A stretch of DNA of 64,000 nucleotides, taken from NCBI GenBank assembly GCA_965637545.1, contig OZ281494.1, forward strand, positions 11,222,001 through 11,286,000. The letters are read 5' to 3'. Source of the stretch: Phallusia mammillata. Lineage: Eukaryota. The notes under the pieces were generated by a model. The model was given only the letters and a program-made list of their open reading frames with translations, was not told where the DNA came from and made no database searches. The number at the start of each line of letters is the position of its first letter. Within the stretch, counting starts at the first letter, position 1. Shown piece after piece: positions 1 through 11,030 of this stretch. The position numbers and the translations under genes were made by a program.

Positions 1-227
1 GAGTATTTGGTCATAAACATATATTATAACTTTGTGTGCATGGCAATTATACTCCTGGTCATAACAATGAAAACTGCTTGTTTTAGTAGTAAAACTTATG
101 AAATAAAGTTACAGACCTATTAACATTAGAGGATTTTTAGACTAGTTTCAAAGTTGCCATGACCTTTTAACATGTGAAGTTTATGCTAATATGCCTTTTT
201 ATATAAAAGTGTTTTTATTATTTTCAG

Positions 228-3061
228 GAAAATCGACCAATAAATGAGCCTGGAGAAGATGGTAATCAAGCATTTCTGTAAAAAGTTGTGTGCAGCCAAA
301 ATATTAGTTTTTGTTTTCACTGTAATATACATTACTACAACTTTTGTTGATATTTACAGCATTACAAGAACTGAACCTGACACACTTTTGCAGATGTTTT
401 ATTGCAAATGCATTCTGTTGGAATCTGTGGTTCAGATGTTTCTTACTGGGTCAAAGGTCGGATTGGGGACTTTGTTGTAAAAGATCCAATGATTATTGGA
501 CATGAAGCTGCTGGTAGAGTTGTGAAGTGTGGTAAAAATGTCAAGCATCTTAAGCCTGGTAAATGCTTTAGCAGGGTTTAATTTTGTGTATTGAAAATGT
601 GAAATATAATTTCTAAGATATGGTTAATTTAATTTGAAAGAGAGATTTGAAGATTGTATAATAATGATTTATCAAAGATAATGTGGTAAATCAAGTTTTT
701 ACTAACACAATTTTTCAGGTCCAAAATATTTTATGGTAATCCTTTGTTGTAATAAATTAAAATGTATACATACACATTATAACTAAATTTTGTAGGTGAT
801 AGAGTTGCAATTGAACCTGGCTATCCACTAAGGCAGGATGAATTCTCCAAAAATGGAAGATATAATCTTAGTAAGGTATTTTTCTGTGCCACACCTCCTG
901 ATCACGGAAATCTTCAGCGGTTTTATACCCACAAAGCGGATTATTGCTTCAAGTATGTGTGTCTACTGTGTTGCAACTTTAAGTACCACATGCAATGGGG
1001 TATTTTTGTTTCCTAGGCTATGTTACATAAATTATATATATATTAAAATACTCTGTACGACTTGAGGCTTCAGTAAACCTCGGTTACACTGGATTCAACT
1101 TTTCTGGATCTACCGCTAATTCAGACAAAACTTTAGATGATTTGTAATGTTGTAAGGCTTTAACTACTTGTCATCAGTTAATTCGGGTCTTTGCCTAATC
1201 TGGACACATTTTTTGGTCCAACTAGGTCTGGTTCACCAAGGTTTAATGTAAAAAGCTGAAAGATATTAAACAAGCTTTTTTTCAGACTTCCGGACAATGT
1301 ATCTTATGAAGAGGGTGCACTAATTGAACCTTTGTCTGTTGGAATTCATGCCTGTCGTAGAGCACAAGTAACTCTTGGACACAATGTTTTGGTGTGTGGT
1401 GCAGGTCCAATTGGTTTGGCTTCTTTGCTTGTGGCAAAATCTATGGGAGCATCAAAGGTTGTTATAACAGGTACGAAATTCAAATATTTCAATTCACAAA
1501 ATAACATTGCATTGTTGGCACATTAACAATTGTTTTTTAGACTTGTTTGAAAGTCGCCTTGAAATGGCAAAATCCCTTGGTGCTGACTTTGTTCACAAAA
1601 TCGAAAAAGGTCAAACCCCTGAAGAAACAGCTAAAAAAGTGATTGAAATGTTAGGTGACATGCCAGAACGGACTATTGAATGTACAGGGGCTGAGGCTGC
1701 AATTCAAACAGGAATATATGTGAGTTTTAGGGCTTGATAAGAATTGTAAAAACTGAGTTTTCTTTTTAGCCTCAACATAATTGCACACACACACAAATGG
1801 CACAAGTGATTGAATACAAATGTAGCTTATATTGCACAGACTTAAAACTGATTACAGTACATTGTATTTGAACATTTTAAGGCATGTCTAAAATCCATCA
1901 TATAGACACAATTTGAAGTCTTCTTGCATATAAGTTTGTGAATTTTTTTAAAGCACCCTTGACAATGTAGTAATGACAAGCAACGCAATTGCAGGCGTCT
2001 GATTTAGACTTACAACCACTTAATCTGGTTGGTACAGTAGGTGACTGTGTTTGTTTGAAGTGTTTGTTAAGCCTGGAAGTAAGCAGCTTATCATAACCAT
2101 TTACACGTTGTGTGTCTGCAGGCAACAAAGTCCGGCGGCTGTTTACTTCTCGTCGGTTTGGGACCCGAAATGGTTAACGTGCCCCTCGTAAACGCTGCAG
2201 TGCGTGAAGTGGATATTAGAGGCGTTTTCAGATATTGCAACACGTAAGTTCGCATTTTCTATAGTATCCTTTACAAGCGCTATTTTGCAAACGCTTTAAA
2301 ATAAGTTACTCGGCAGTGGTTTCGTGCTAGATGGTCGAGTGGGTAGTTGGCGCAACCGCCTTTCGTTCCAACGGTTGGGAGTTCTAAACCCATCATGGAC
2401 GCTTGTGTTTTCTTGAGCAAGAAACTTCAGCGGCATTGCTCCAACTTGGTGGTTCAGGATGTGTTAAACTAAATTGACGTCACCCACTACCCAAGTCGAA
2501 ACATTCAAACAAAATATGATTCAATAGACTTAAGTTAAAACCAACAAATAACAGTTACCAATGCCTAATACGCCTTTTCCATGACAAAAGTTAAACTGGA
2601 GAACATTTTAATACAAACGAATATTTTACCTTTTATTTTTAATACCTTTTAATATTTTAATATTTTAATACAAAGGATCGGACCAAATTGCTTCCGCCAA
2701 TCGACACACGAGTACTTAACTGGTTTCTGACTAGGCAGGAAAGACTTTGCGCCAAACTTAAAAACTAGCTAGGGAAGGCAATCCTGCGTACACGTGCCTG
2801 TTTGCGTACAAACTAAACGTACAGTTTTGTCATATGTCCAGTTTGTACGTTATAGTTATTCTTCTTGGTGAAAACAGTACAACTTCTTTTGCCAGATATC
2901 CGGCTGCCATTCAAATGCTGTCTGCTGGAAAAGTGAACGTAAAGCCGCTAGTCACGCATCGCTTCCCGTTGGAAGAAACCGAAGAAGCTTTCAAAGTCAT
3001 GAGATCGGGGCAGGGAATTAAAGTGATGCTCAAGTGCGACCCTAACGACCAAAACCCATGA
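228..3061 (+). CDS. SORD: Sorbitol dehydrogenase (Zn-dependent MDR family), copy 1; first coding exon lies upstream of the window
   Basis: Exons 228-261, 394-558, 796-952, 1286-1470, 1541-1719, 2122-2243, 2896-3061 are all GT-AG and phase-consistent. Motifs: GICGSD, GHE (catalytic Zn), [48 protein letters not shown]-terminus KCDPNDQNP is nearly identical to vertebrate SORD. Confidence 0.96.
1071..1248. mobile_element. Degenerate MITE-like element with inverted ends (CAGTAAACCTCGG...CCAAGGTTTAATG), possibly Tc1/mariner-type
   Basis: Imperfect ~15-bp terminal inverted repeat in a SORD intron; no clean TSD. Confidence 0.4.
2322..2520 (+). mobile_element. tRNA-derived SINE-like fragment with a CORE-like segment
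   Basis: A-box-like TGGTCGAGTGG (2332-2342), degenerate B-box AGTTCTAAACCC (~2380-2391), then GTGTTTTCTTGAGCAAGAAACTT resembling the CORE-SINE central motif. Lies in the last SORD intron. Confidence 0.5.
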
Positions 3062-3243
3062 AACGTGTTGTACGACCTGTATCATTTATTTCAATCCATT
3101 AATTACCTCGTAACACCTTGTAATTTAACGAGTGATCACCATCTGTATTGTGCAATGTAATGATTTGTATGAAAATATTATGTGTGATAATGTTGTGACA
3201 GCGCAGTGATAGGCTATTTGTGTCATATTCTATCCACAGTTTG

Positions 3244-3249
3244 AATAAA
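3244..3249 (+). other. Probable polyadenylation signal of SORD copy 1
   Basis: AATAAA about 180 nt downstream of the TGA at 3059-3061. Confidence 0.5.
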
Positions 3250-3956
3250 TCTTTGGTGGTGCTGAAAAAAATTAGCTTCTAAAACGTGGTAATGACCGAT
3301 TCGATCACCGAAATCTCTACTATCAGATCTAATTTACGAATTTATATCTCTGCGATTTGACTCGACAAATGACACAACGTTTTAACTGAAGACCAAAAAC
3401 AACAGTGTATAAATCTAAAATTGTTTGCCTTTTGAAGACTTCAAAATATGAAACCCTCAAGACAAATCGGTCGATTTAAACGTAAAATTGCGCTTGGCTT
3501 AAAAATACAAAAAATCGTCAGATGCTGGTGATAGAGTGCGTCAGAAGCCACTTGATTTTCTGTACCCGGTGCAAACATGTTTGCAGGAAAGGTGGCAGCT
3601 TCTACAGTATTACATTTTTATTACGCTTTGAGGTTGTGGACTGCGTGAAAAACAATACAGTTGAGAACGACTGCAACGTAAATTTGTTTCATGGACTCAT
3701 TTTTTTACTCTGTAAGGTGAAGTCTCACTTCGAGCTTGGTATCCTACCGACGAACTGTCCTTTTCCATTGTCTGTTCTCTATTGTCCTAAATGAAGGGTA
3801 TGCCCCTATTTTGATTTAATAAGGTTTTCTCTGTTTTCTCGTGTTTTCAAAACAAACTGGTTCTTTGACCTGCACGTGTTTCGCTAATTCATATAACATC
3901 GTAAGTTACGCCCAGAGCGTCAATCTTGACATACCATAGGAAGTTAGATCTGTAAA

Positions 3957-6900
3957 ATGAAGTTCCGAAGCACCCGTGGATCTGATCAGCTGATTACCTT
4001 TGAAGAGACATTGTTATCGGCCTATGGAAAAGATGGAGGAATGTGGATGGCTGAACGTGTTCCTGAAAGTTAGCATTAACATATTAATTTACATGTTATT
4101 TTCACCATTAAATTACATAAATTTTGCATATGTGGAAACTTAAAAAAACTCTTTTGTAGCGTTGACGCGTTTTTTACATTGGTGGTGTTTCTTATCGTAT
4201 TTGTTGCATAGTCGTTTTATAAACCAACATCACCAAATACAATTTGTGTAGTTTCCTTGGAAACCCTAAAAGATTGGAAACATCTTTCTTACATTGAAGT
4301 TGTGCAGAAAGTTGTTGCTTTGCATGTTTCAGAAGATGAGATTCCCTATAAAGAGCAAGAGGGTGAGTTTTTGTGAGTTGTCAACATTGTTGAGTTGTCA
4401 ACATTGTTAAATGATAATCTATTTTGTTAATGCATTATGAGATTTGTAAAAGCTTGGTTGTTGCACTGCACTACAACAACAACTAAAAATATTGCAATAA
4501 AAATTAGTTCGTCTTTAGTATAGAGCAGTGGTTCTCAAACTTTTTTGACCGCGACCAAAATCTGAGTTTTATGAACATCTCACGACCCAAGTCTCAAACA
4601 TCTAAAAATGTATTTTTTTGATATGCATGAAATAGAAAAAGACACAGACAGCCAGTTGTAGTACACAGTACTATGAAACAATTTATTACAAACAAATGAT
4701 TTATTTTTTTAATGTGATTGGTAAAACTGAAATTTTTCCTTCATAATATCTTCAATGCACGGCTCTCTTTTCATTCGGGAGACCACTTGATATTTATATA
4801 TTTAGTGAAAGGTCTGTGATTCGACTTTTCGATAACGAGACTGACTGCAATTTCGAGGCCATGTCGTCGTCGCTTAGGAGTCTGGCCATGTCAAAATGGC
4901 TGCAGGCTTAACACGTTGTAGCTTTGCAGCACCATGATCATTGATAGAAGTGAATCCTAATTTTAAAAAATGTTTCCTTGTACGAATACTTACTCATCCT
5001 TAAACGCTAACTGTTACATCTCCAAGTTCAGTTTCGCATGATTAACTTGTCCTATTAGTTCTCCTGCTATGACGTAACAATCGCCATGTGCTTTACAGTA
5101 AAATTGAAAGGCTATTGTTGGTATGTTGCAATGATTGGTTCATTTTACTGTACAGCGTGGTCGAGTGAGGTGACAATATTACTGCATAAGGTAAATTCGT
5201 TGGTGTTTAATTAATGCCGCAATGGTTCGTTCCTTTGGGCAGAATTGAATCACCACAGCGCGACCCATATTTTAACGATATTATATTTTAACCATGTTTG
5301 GGTCGCGACCCATACTTTGAGAACCACTGGTATAGAGTGTAGATTTATATTTTTTGCATGGGTGTTACACCAAATTGTAGTTTGGAAACTAATGGTAAAT
5401 CCTCTGCAGTCATTGACCACACCATTACACAAGTTAATAATACAGTACTGTATGTATCTCAAAGTTAGCAGCTACTTGACAAATGTGGTTCAGCAACTGA
5501 ACAAGGTGCAATTAGCTCCACATTTTGTTGTGTTGTTAACAGAATTACATTAAAAACTTAGTTGATGTGAGCAGTACAATATCACTTAAAGTTCAGTCAC
5601 ATGAAAATACTGATGGTCAATCCCATTTTAATTCGGAAAAATGGAAGTTCGCATATTGAATTGCCATTGTTTAATTTCCAAATGTCTTCACATTCTCTTG
5701 ACAGAACGTACTCACATTCTTGGATATTATCATGTTGTTACTATATTTTCAGAACTTTTGAATAGAGCATACCAAAAGTTTAATATCAAAGAGGTTGTCA
5801 AAATGGCTGCTTTAACAAAGCAAGTACAAGTTATGGAGCTGTTTCATGGTGAATCTATGGCATTTAAAGATCTTGCAATGTGCTGTGTATCAGAATTTCT
5901 CCAGTATTTTCTCGAAAAACGAAAATCATTCTTTACTGCATTCATTGGTAGGTAAAAAATGGCTTTTTTATTGAACAGCATATGCATTGTCTATTAACCT
6001 GGCCAAGAAAACTGAAATTTTGCTGTGTCCATATGGTAGGCCTACCATATTTCCATCCCCAAAAAGGAGGACACATTGTTAATAAGAACATGAAAAAATA
6101 CTTAAAGGGCTCTCCCCAAAATAACAACCTCCGGAATTAGAGGGTATGCAATCGTTCGGATAAAGTTTAACGTTTATCACAAAACTAAAATAAGCTTGTA
6201 TTCGTTAAAAAATAAGCTGAAGATGTATATTTGACTGTTTGCAAAGGCGTAATTGTCACATATGTGTTTGATAAATCAGAAACTCTTTAAAAAGGAGGAC
6301 ATTTGGGCACTTTTTCTTGTCCGCGGAGGACAACTTAGCTTTTGTTAAAAAGGGGGACATGTCCTCCAAAAAGAGGACATATGGTAGGCCTACCATATGG
6401 GAGGGGGGCATACAAGATTTATAAAATTGAAGCCTAATTTACGTTTGTGTCTTTTTTCTGGACAAAATACTGCTCATAAAAATATTCTCATAAACATTTA
6501 ACTTAAACTTCTAACAGAGATTTTCTTTTGATCAAATTTTCATGCAGCGACATCTGGTGACACTGGAGGCAGTGCTGCATACAGTGTGTGTGGAAAACCT
6601 AATATTGATGTGGTTGTTTTGTATCCTCAAACATTTGTAAGTGAAATCCAAGCTATGATGATGACATCAATACCTGACGATAATGTGCATGTGTATGCTG
6701 GTAAGATTTTTGGTTCAAATTTATTCTTTTACCGGTGGTTCCCAACCAATAAGGAATTTTATTTTAAAAACCTAAATGGAGGAAATCCACTTTCACTGTT
6801 GGACATTGTTTTGTAAAAAAAATTCGAGTTTAGGCAACATGGCCTTTACGTCCATGTAAAACCATCTTAAACACTGTTTGTTCCATTTGGTGCTGTCTAT

Positions 6901-9900
6901 CTATTAAGTATTATATCAAGAAAGCATTAAAATGTTTAAAACTATTAAAAAAGAAACATTTTTGAAAAACAACCACCCCTAAAACTTTGAGAAAAAATTC
7001 AAACCATCATACATGATACACACTCCTTATATGGCATGTGCTAATATTTTGTGGTTTAATCTGCAATCCACTTCAAAGAGAATAGCCCAGTAATTCTATA
7101 AAAAGCAAATCAATTTATGTAAACAAGATACTTCAATTTATATATTCAATCAGGTATAAATATAAAAGCATTGAGCCAACACATCACAATTACGGCACAA
7201 ATATTTTATATTTAGATGGGCTCAAAAAAATATGTTTTTAGAATGATAACTAAACTTCCTTTAACCACACAACAGTTATATTTGGTCATTTTGCTGTTTT
7301 TTTTTGTTACAGTTGAGGGTGATATGATGGATATTGATGAACTAATGATTGAGATACTTTATGACAAAGAGTTTGTTGCAAACAACAACCTTGGCACAAT
7401 GAATTCAATCACTTTCTGCCGCCTTATGGTGCAGGTAATTTTTTGATAACCTTAAGTACAAACCAGACATTACATTTTTACTTGTGGCAGAAAATGTAAA
7501 TGTTTTGAATATTAAAACTTAACTTGACAACTGAATGCTGTTTGAGAAGTTGAACCATGTGGTTTTAGGAAGATTGTAGAAGGGCATTAGCTCTTAGTAA
7601 TTCCACCAAAATTGCTTTACAGACCCTGTTTTGGGAATTGTACTGTTAAGCTATACAGCCTATGGTAATTTTTATACCTATCCAGCCTGCTGGGAAAAAA
7701 AGTTTGTTGACCAATGACCCCTGCTGTAAATAGATATAATATGAAATACCCAATTTTTACATTTTCGGACAATATTTAATTCACTGACAGATAAACTTAG
7801 CAAAACGTGTAAATAGTTAAACTTTGTTTGTGAGCTGTTTCAAATGCTTGTGTTTTCAGTTTTTTCTTCTTCCGAGAAGAACTTCATTTAAAAGATTTAA
7901 AAAAAATATCATAAAATTATTACTTTTGGCTATAATTTTGTGCAATTTTGACATGTTTGTTTAGATGGCCCATCACATTTGGGCATATTTACAAGCTGCT
8001 AAAGTCATTGGTGATTATGTTGACATTGTTGTCCCTACAGGTGGAGCTGGAAATATTACTGGTTGGTGTTTTTATTCTTTGTTTTTTTACTTTTACATTA
8101 CTGCCTAGATAAACATTCTTGTTTCAGCTTGTTTTTTGGCTCAACTAAGTGGGGTTCCTATCCGAGCTCATGCTGTTACGAATATCAATGATTGCTTTCA
8201 TCAAATTGTCACAAACAACAGTGCTAAACTAGCCAAAGTAAAGAAAACTCTAGCCCCTGCAATGGATATATCGGTAATGTTATCCTGCTTTACCTCTTGG
8301 TGTTAAGGAGCTCCAAAAGTCACGTGAATTGGGTTGTTTTATTTTTACTCTTTCAGTTTCCAGGAAATTTTGAAAGGGTAATATGGCTGGCATCAAACCA
8401 ATCAGGTGAAATTGTTTCTGCAGCTATCAATACTTTTCTGAATGGAGAGGAAATGCATTTGCCAGAATTTGTTCATAACAAAGTAAGGTTTTGGTCTTTT
8501 ACCTTTTAAGAGTTTATTGAGTTTAATTGCAACCAAAAAGGGCTGGAACCCACAATTTCTAACTTGTATTTGATGTTGAACAAAATGTTGTAAAGTTAAA
8601 ATAAGAGATCAGATGTGCATTTCATAGAAAATTAAACTTACCTTTCGTTTTTGGTTTGAGGAAAACATAATAGTGATCAACTTCTTGTTACGTCATGTAT
8701 AACTTATATCTTAATAACATTGTCACAGATGTTTGTGCTTTAAATAACTACGGGTTAGCCCAGATACAGAAAACCTTTTTGCTCATAAAGGCTATCCAAC
8801 AATTCCTGTTTTTTTATGTGATAAGCACAATTTCCAGCAATGAAAATACATAACCATTTTGTTCTGTTTACTTATTTCTTGGTTGAGCTCTTCCCCAGTT
8901 ATTGCCACTTATTTTTCTTGTCTGTCAATTTTGTTATTGTGTAATTTTTTTCTAAATGTTTTAATTGACAGATCCAAAAATATATGCAAACTGCAATTAT
9001 TGACCAGGAGGGAATCAAGTCAGCTATGTTGAAATGCTACTCAGAACACAAATATTTTGTCTGTCCACATACGGCTACAGCACTTTCCTACATTTTCACG
9101 AGGTCTGTTTTTTTTTTCTTTTACATGATTTTTGTATGATTTTAAAGCACTTCTAAATAGATAACAATCAGAATACATCATTTTAAGTTTAAAGATTATA
9201 TGGTGTGCATTTGTATCATGTACCAAATTAACTTTGAGGAGGTAATTATATACCAGCAGAACATGGTTATTTTAAGGGCTTCGCAAAATAGTAATGGCTA
9301 ACTATAATTAAAAAATGCATTTTAGAAACTTGGACAAGGATTATAAAAATGTGGTTGCCATGGCTACAGCCCATCCAGCAAAATTTCCAGAAATATTGGA
9401 ATCTGTTGGTTTGCCACCAGTGCCTTCCACAATAGTTGATGGCATAAGAAAACAGGAAAAACGGTAAAAATCTTTTTTTATAAATCGATTATTAAAAGAC
9501 ACTGATATACCACATGGTTTGTTTGCAAACTTGACTGCAAAACAGAGCTTTTCAGTCAATCAAAAATGAGTATTCATCAACACATTGTTGTGGTGTTTTT
9601 GTTACAAAGCATCTGAGTTGATTTGCCAATGATGGCCAACCTTTTGACATAAGGTTTCAGATGTGCTATAAATCTTTTATGTTTGGTGCATGTGGGATAT
9701 GCCATAGGTTGGCCACCCCTGACAAAAAGTTTTTGATGAAAGTGCATGTTTAGGAATGAGCTTAATCTTTTTTTTTAGGATCTTAATAAAATCCTAATGT
9801 TTACAACATGTGATTTATCATTTTAAGAAGGTTAACTTCCTTTCAGCTGAAGTTGATTATAACTCAAATGAATTGATTGAAAAAGTTTGTAAAGTGCACA

Positions 9901-10221
9901 AATTAAGAGAAATATCAATTGGGGCCTTGTTTTGACCAAGACCTTCACTGTCATGTGGTTTACACTTCACCATAGAAAACATTTGTAATGCAAAAGGGGA
10001 CCCTATGTAAAGTATATGTTCATTTCAATATGCATATTTGACATGGATTTTTTTTCACTTTAGTCCCAAACTGTTGAATTATATTAGTTGCTTCACTGCA
10101 AATACTTGTTAGGTGTCTTAAACTGGAGAAGGACTCAAACTGGAGAGATTTAATATGCAAAAAAATAGTGGACATCACTGCCAAGCATCAAGCAAATAAT
10201 AAATCCTTACTTTGTAACTAA
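3957..10221 (+). CDS. THNSL2: Threonine synthase-like 2 (PLP-dependent fold type II), 479 aa
   Basis: 11 phase-consistent exons: 3957-4068, 4252-4362, 5753-5947, 6548-6700, 7313-7434, 7965-8061, 8128-8273, 8357-8482, 8972-9102, 9326-9463, 10113-10221. Motifs: MKFRSTRG, ELFHGESMAFKD (PLP lysine), TSGDTG, VPTGGAGN, PAMDI, CPHTA, ATAHPAKF. Confidence 0.93.
4526..5329 (-). mobile_element. Internally deleted hAT (Buster/Charlie-like) transposon
   Basis: TIR CAGTGGTTCTCAAA, perfect 8-bp TSD GTATAGAG (4518-4525, 5330-5337). The minus strand keeps frameshifted transposase relics (ETFLKLGFTSIND; KPAAI..MARLL..DMASKLQSVSLS; C-terminal EPCIEDIMKEKFQFYQSH*). Confidence 0.92.
6037..6392. mobile_element. 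hAT-type MITE
   Basis: TIR TAGGCCTACCATAT / ATATGGTAGGCCTA, 8-bp TSD CCATATGG (6029-6036, 6393-6400), subterminal GAGGACA motifs. Confidence 0.85.
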
Positions 10222-11030
10222 CACAATCATGATTTTCATGCTTTTATAAAGATACACCGAGACATTTCTCCCTGTATATGCTTGCATTTTAAAACTAAAC
10301 ATAACAAATACATGTACATATTTATTATTCTATTGTCAGAAATTATTCAAAATAGTTAGAAGGTAATGTCTGAATGAAATATTTTAACTACCTGTATTTG
10401 TCTTTGTAGTCTAAATGCATTGTAACAAACTCTCTTGTGAACTTCAGTCACATAACACCTTAATAAGGGGTGGGGTATAATACAGGGGTGGTTCGTTAAA
10501 CGCAAATTTTTCTGAAGATTTTAGCTTTTTTAGCTGAGCTATATAGTTGGTCCACCGCATGACCTAGTTACACAATGTGATTTTGCGCGTTTTTGTTGTT
10601 TGCATTTTAGTGTTTCGCTGCCGTGCCGTACACAAGCCTTTTTATTTCATTGGTGAAAGTTTCTTTGTTTTGAAAGTTTTTTGTTATGCTTTTACTGCAG
10701 TGGCCTTTAATGGTTGTTGAGTGCAATAACATAGCCCTCTGGGGAAACTATAGAATTTAGACTGATTATTGTATAATTAAAACGTTAATGAGCGCCGGAA
10801 ACGGATTTCACTATCTTAACGCTTTGCATAAAAATCTTTTGCAGAAGTGTATTTGTGCAAACTGGCATATTTGCTGCTTCAATGCACACTGCAACGCTCT
10901 GTTGAGCAATAAACTTGCATGCCGCGAGCAATGTGGTAAAAGCGGAACCAGTCTGGTAAACAGGATCAGTTACTTTTACAAGTAGACAGGAAGGTATTGG
11001 ACAATACCCAATCTGTTGCACAGCAAAAGC

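Noticed and set aside
796-952. Absence of the four structural-zinc cysteines in both SORD copies
   Set aside because: Normal for animal sorbitol dehydrogenases.
4375-4410. Short direct duplications (GAGTTGTCAACATTGTT x2; also ACATTTCGGCCTACACACT x2 at ~60219-60265)
   Set aside because: Ordinary local slippage duplications in introns.
9627-9721. Degenerate hAT-like ends (also 20043-20111, ~42300-42312 and ~63930)
   Set aside because: TIR-like sequence without a matching TSD or partner end; too weak to annotate.
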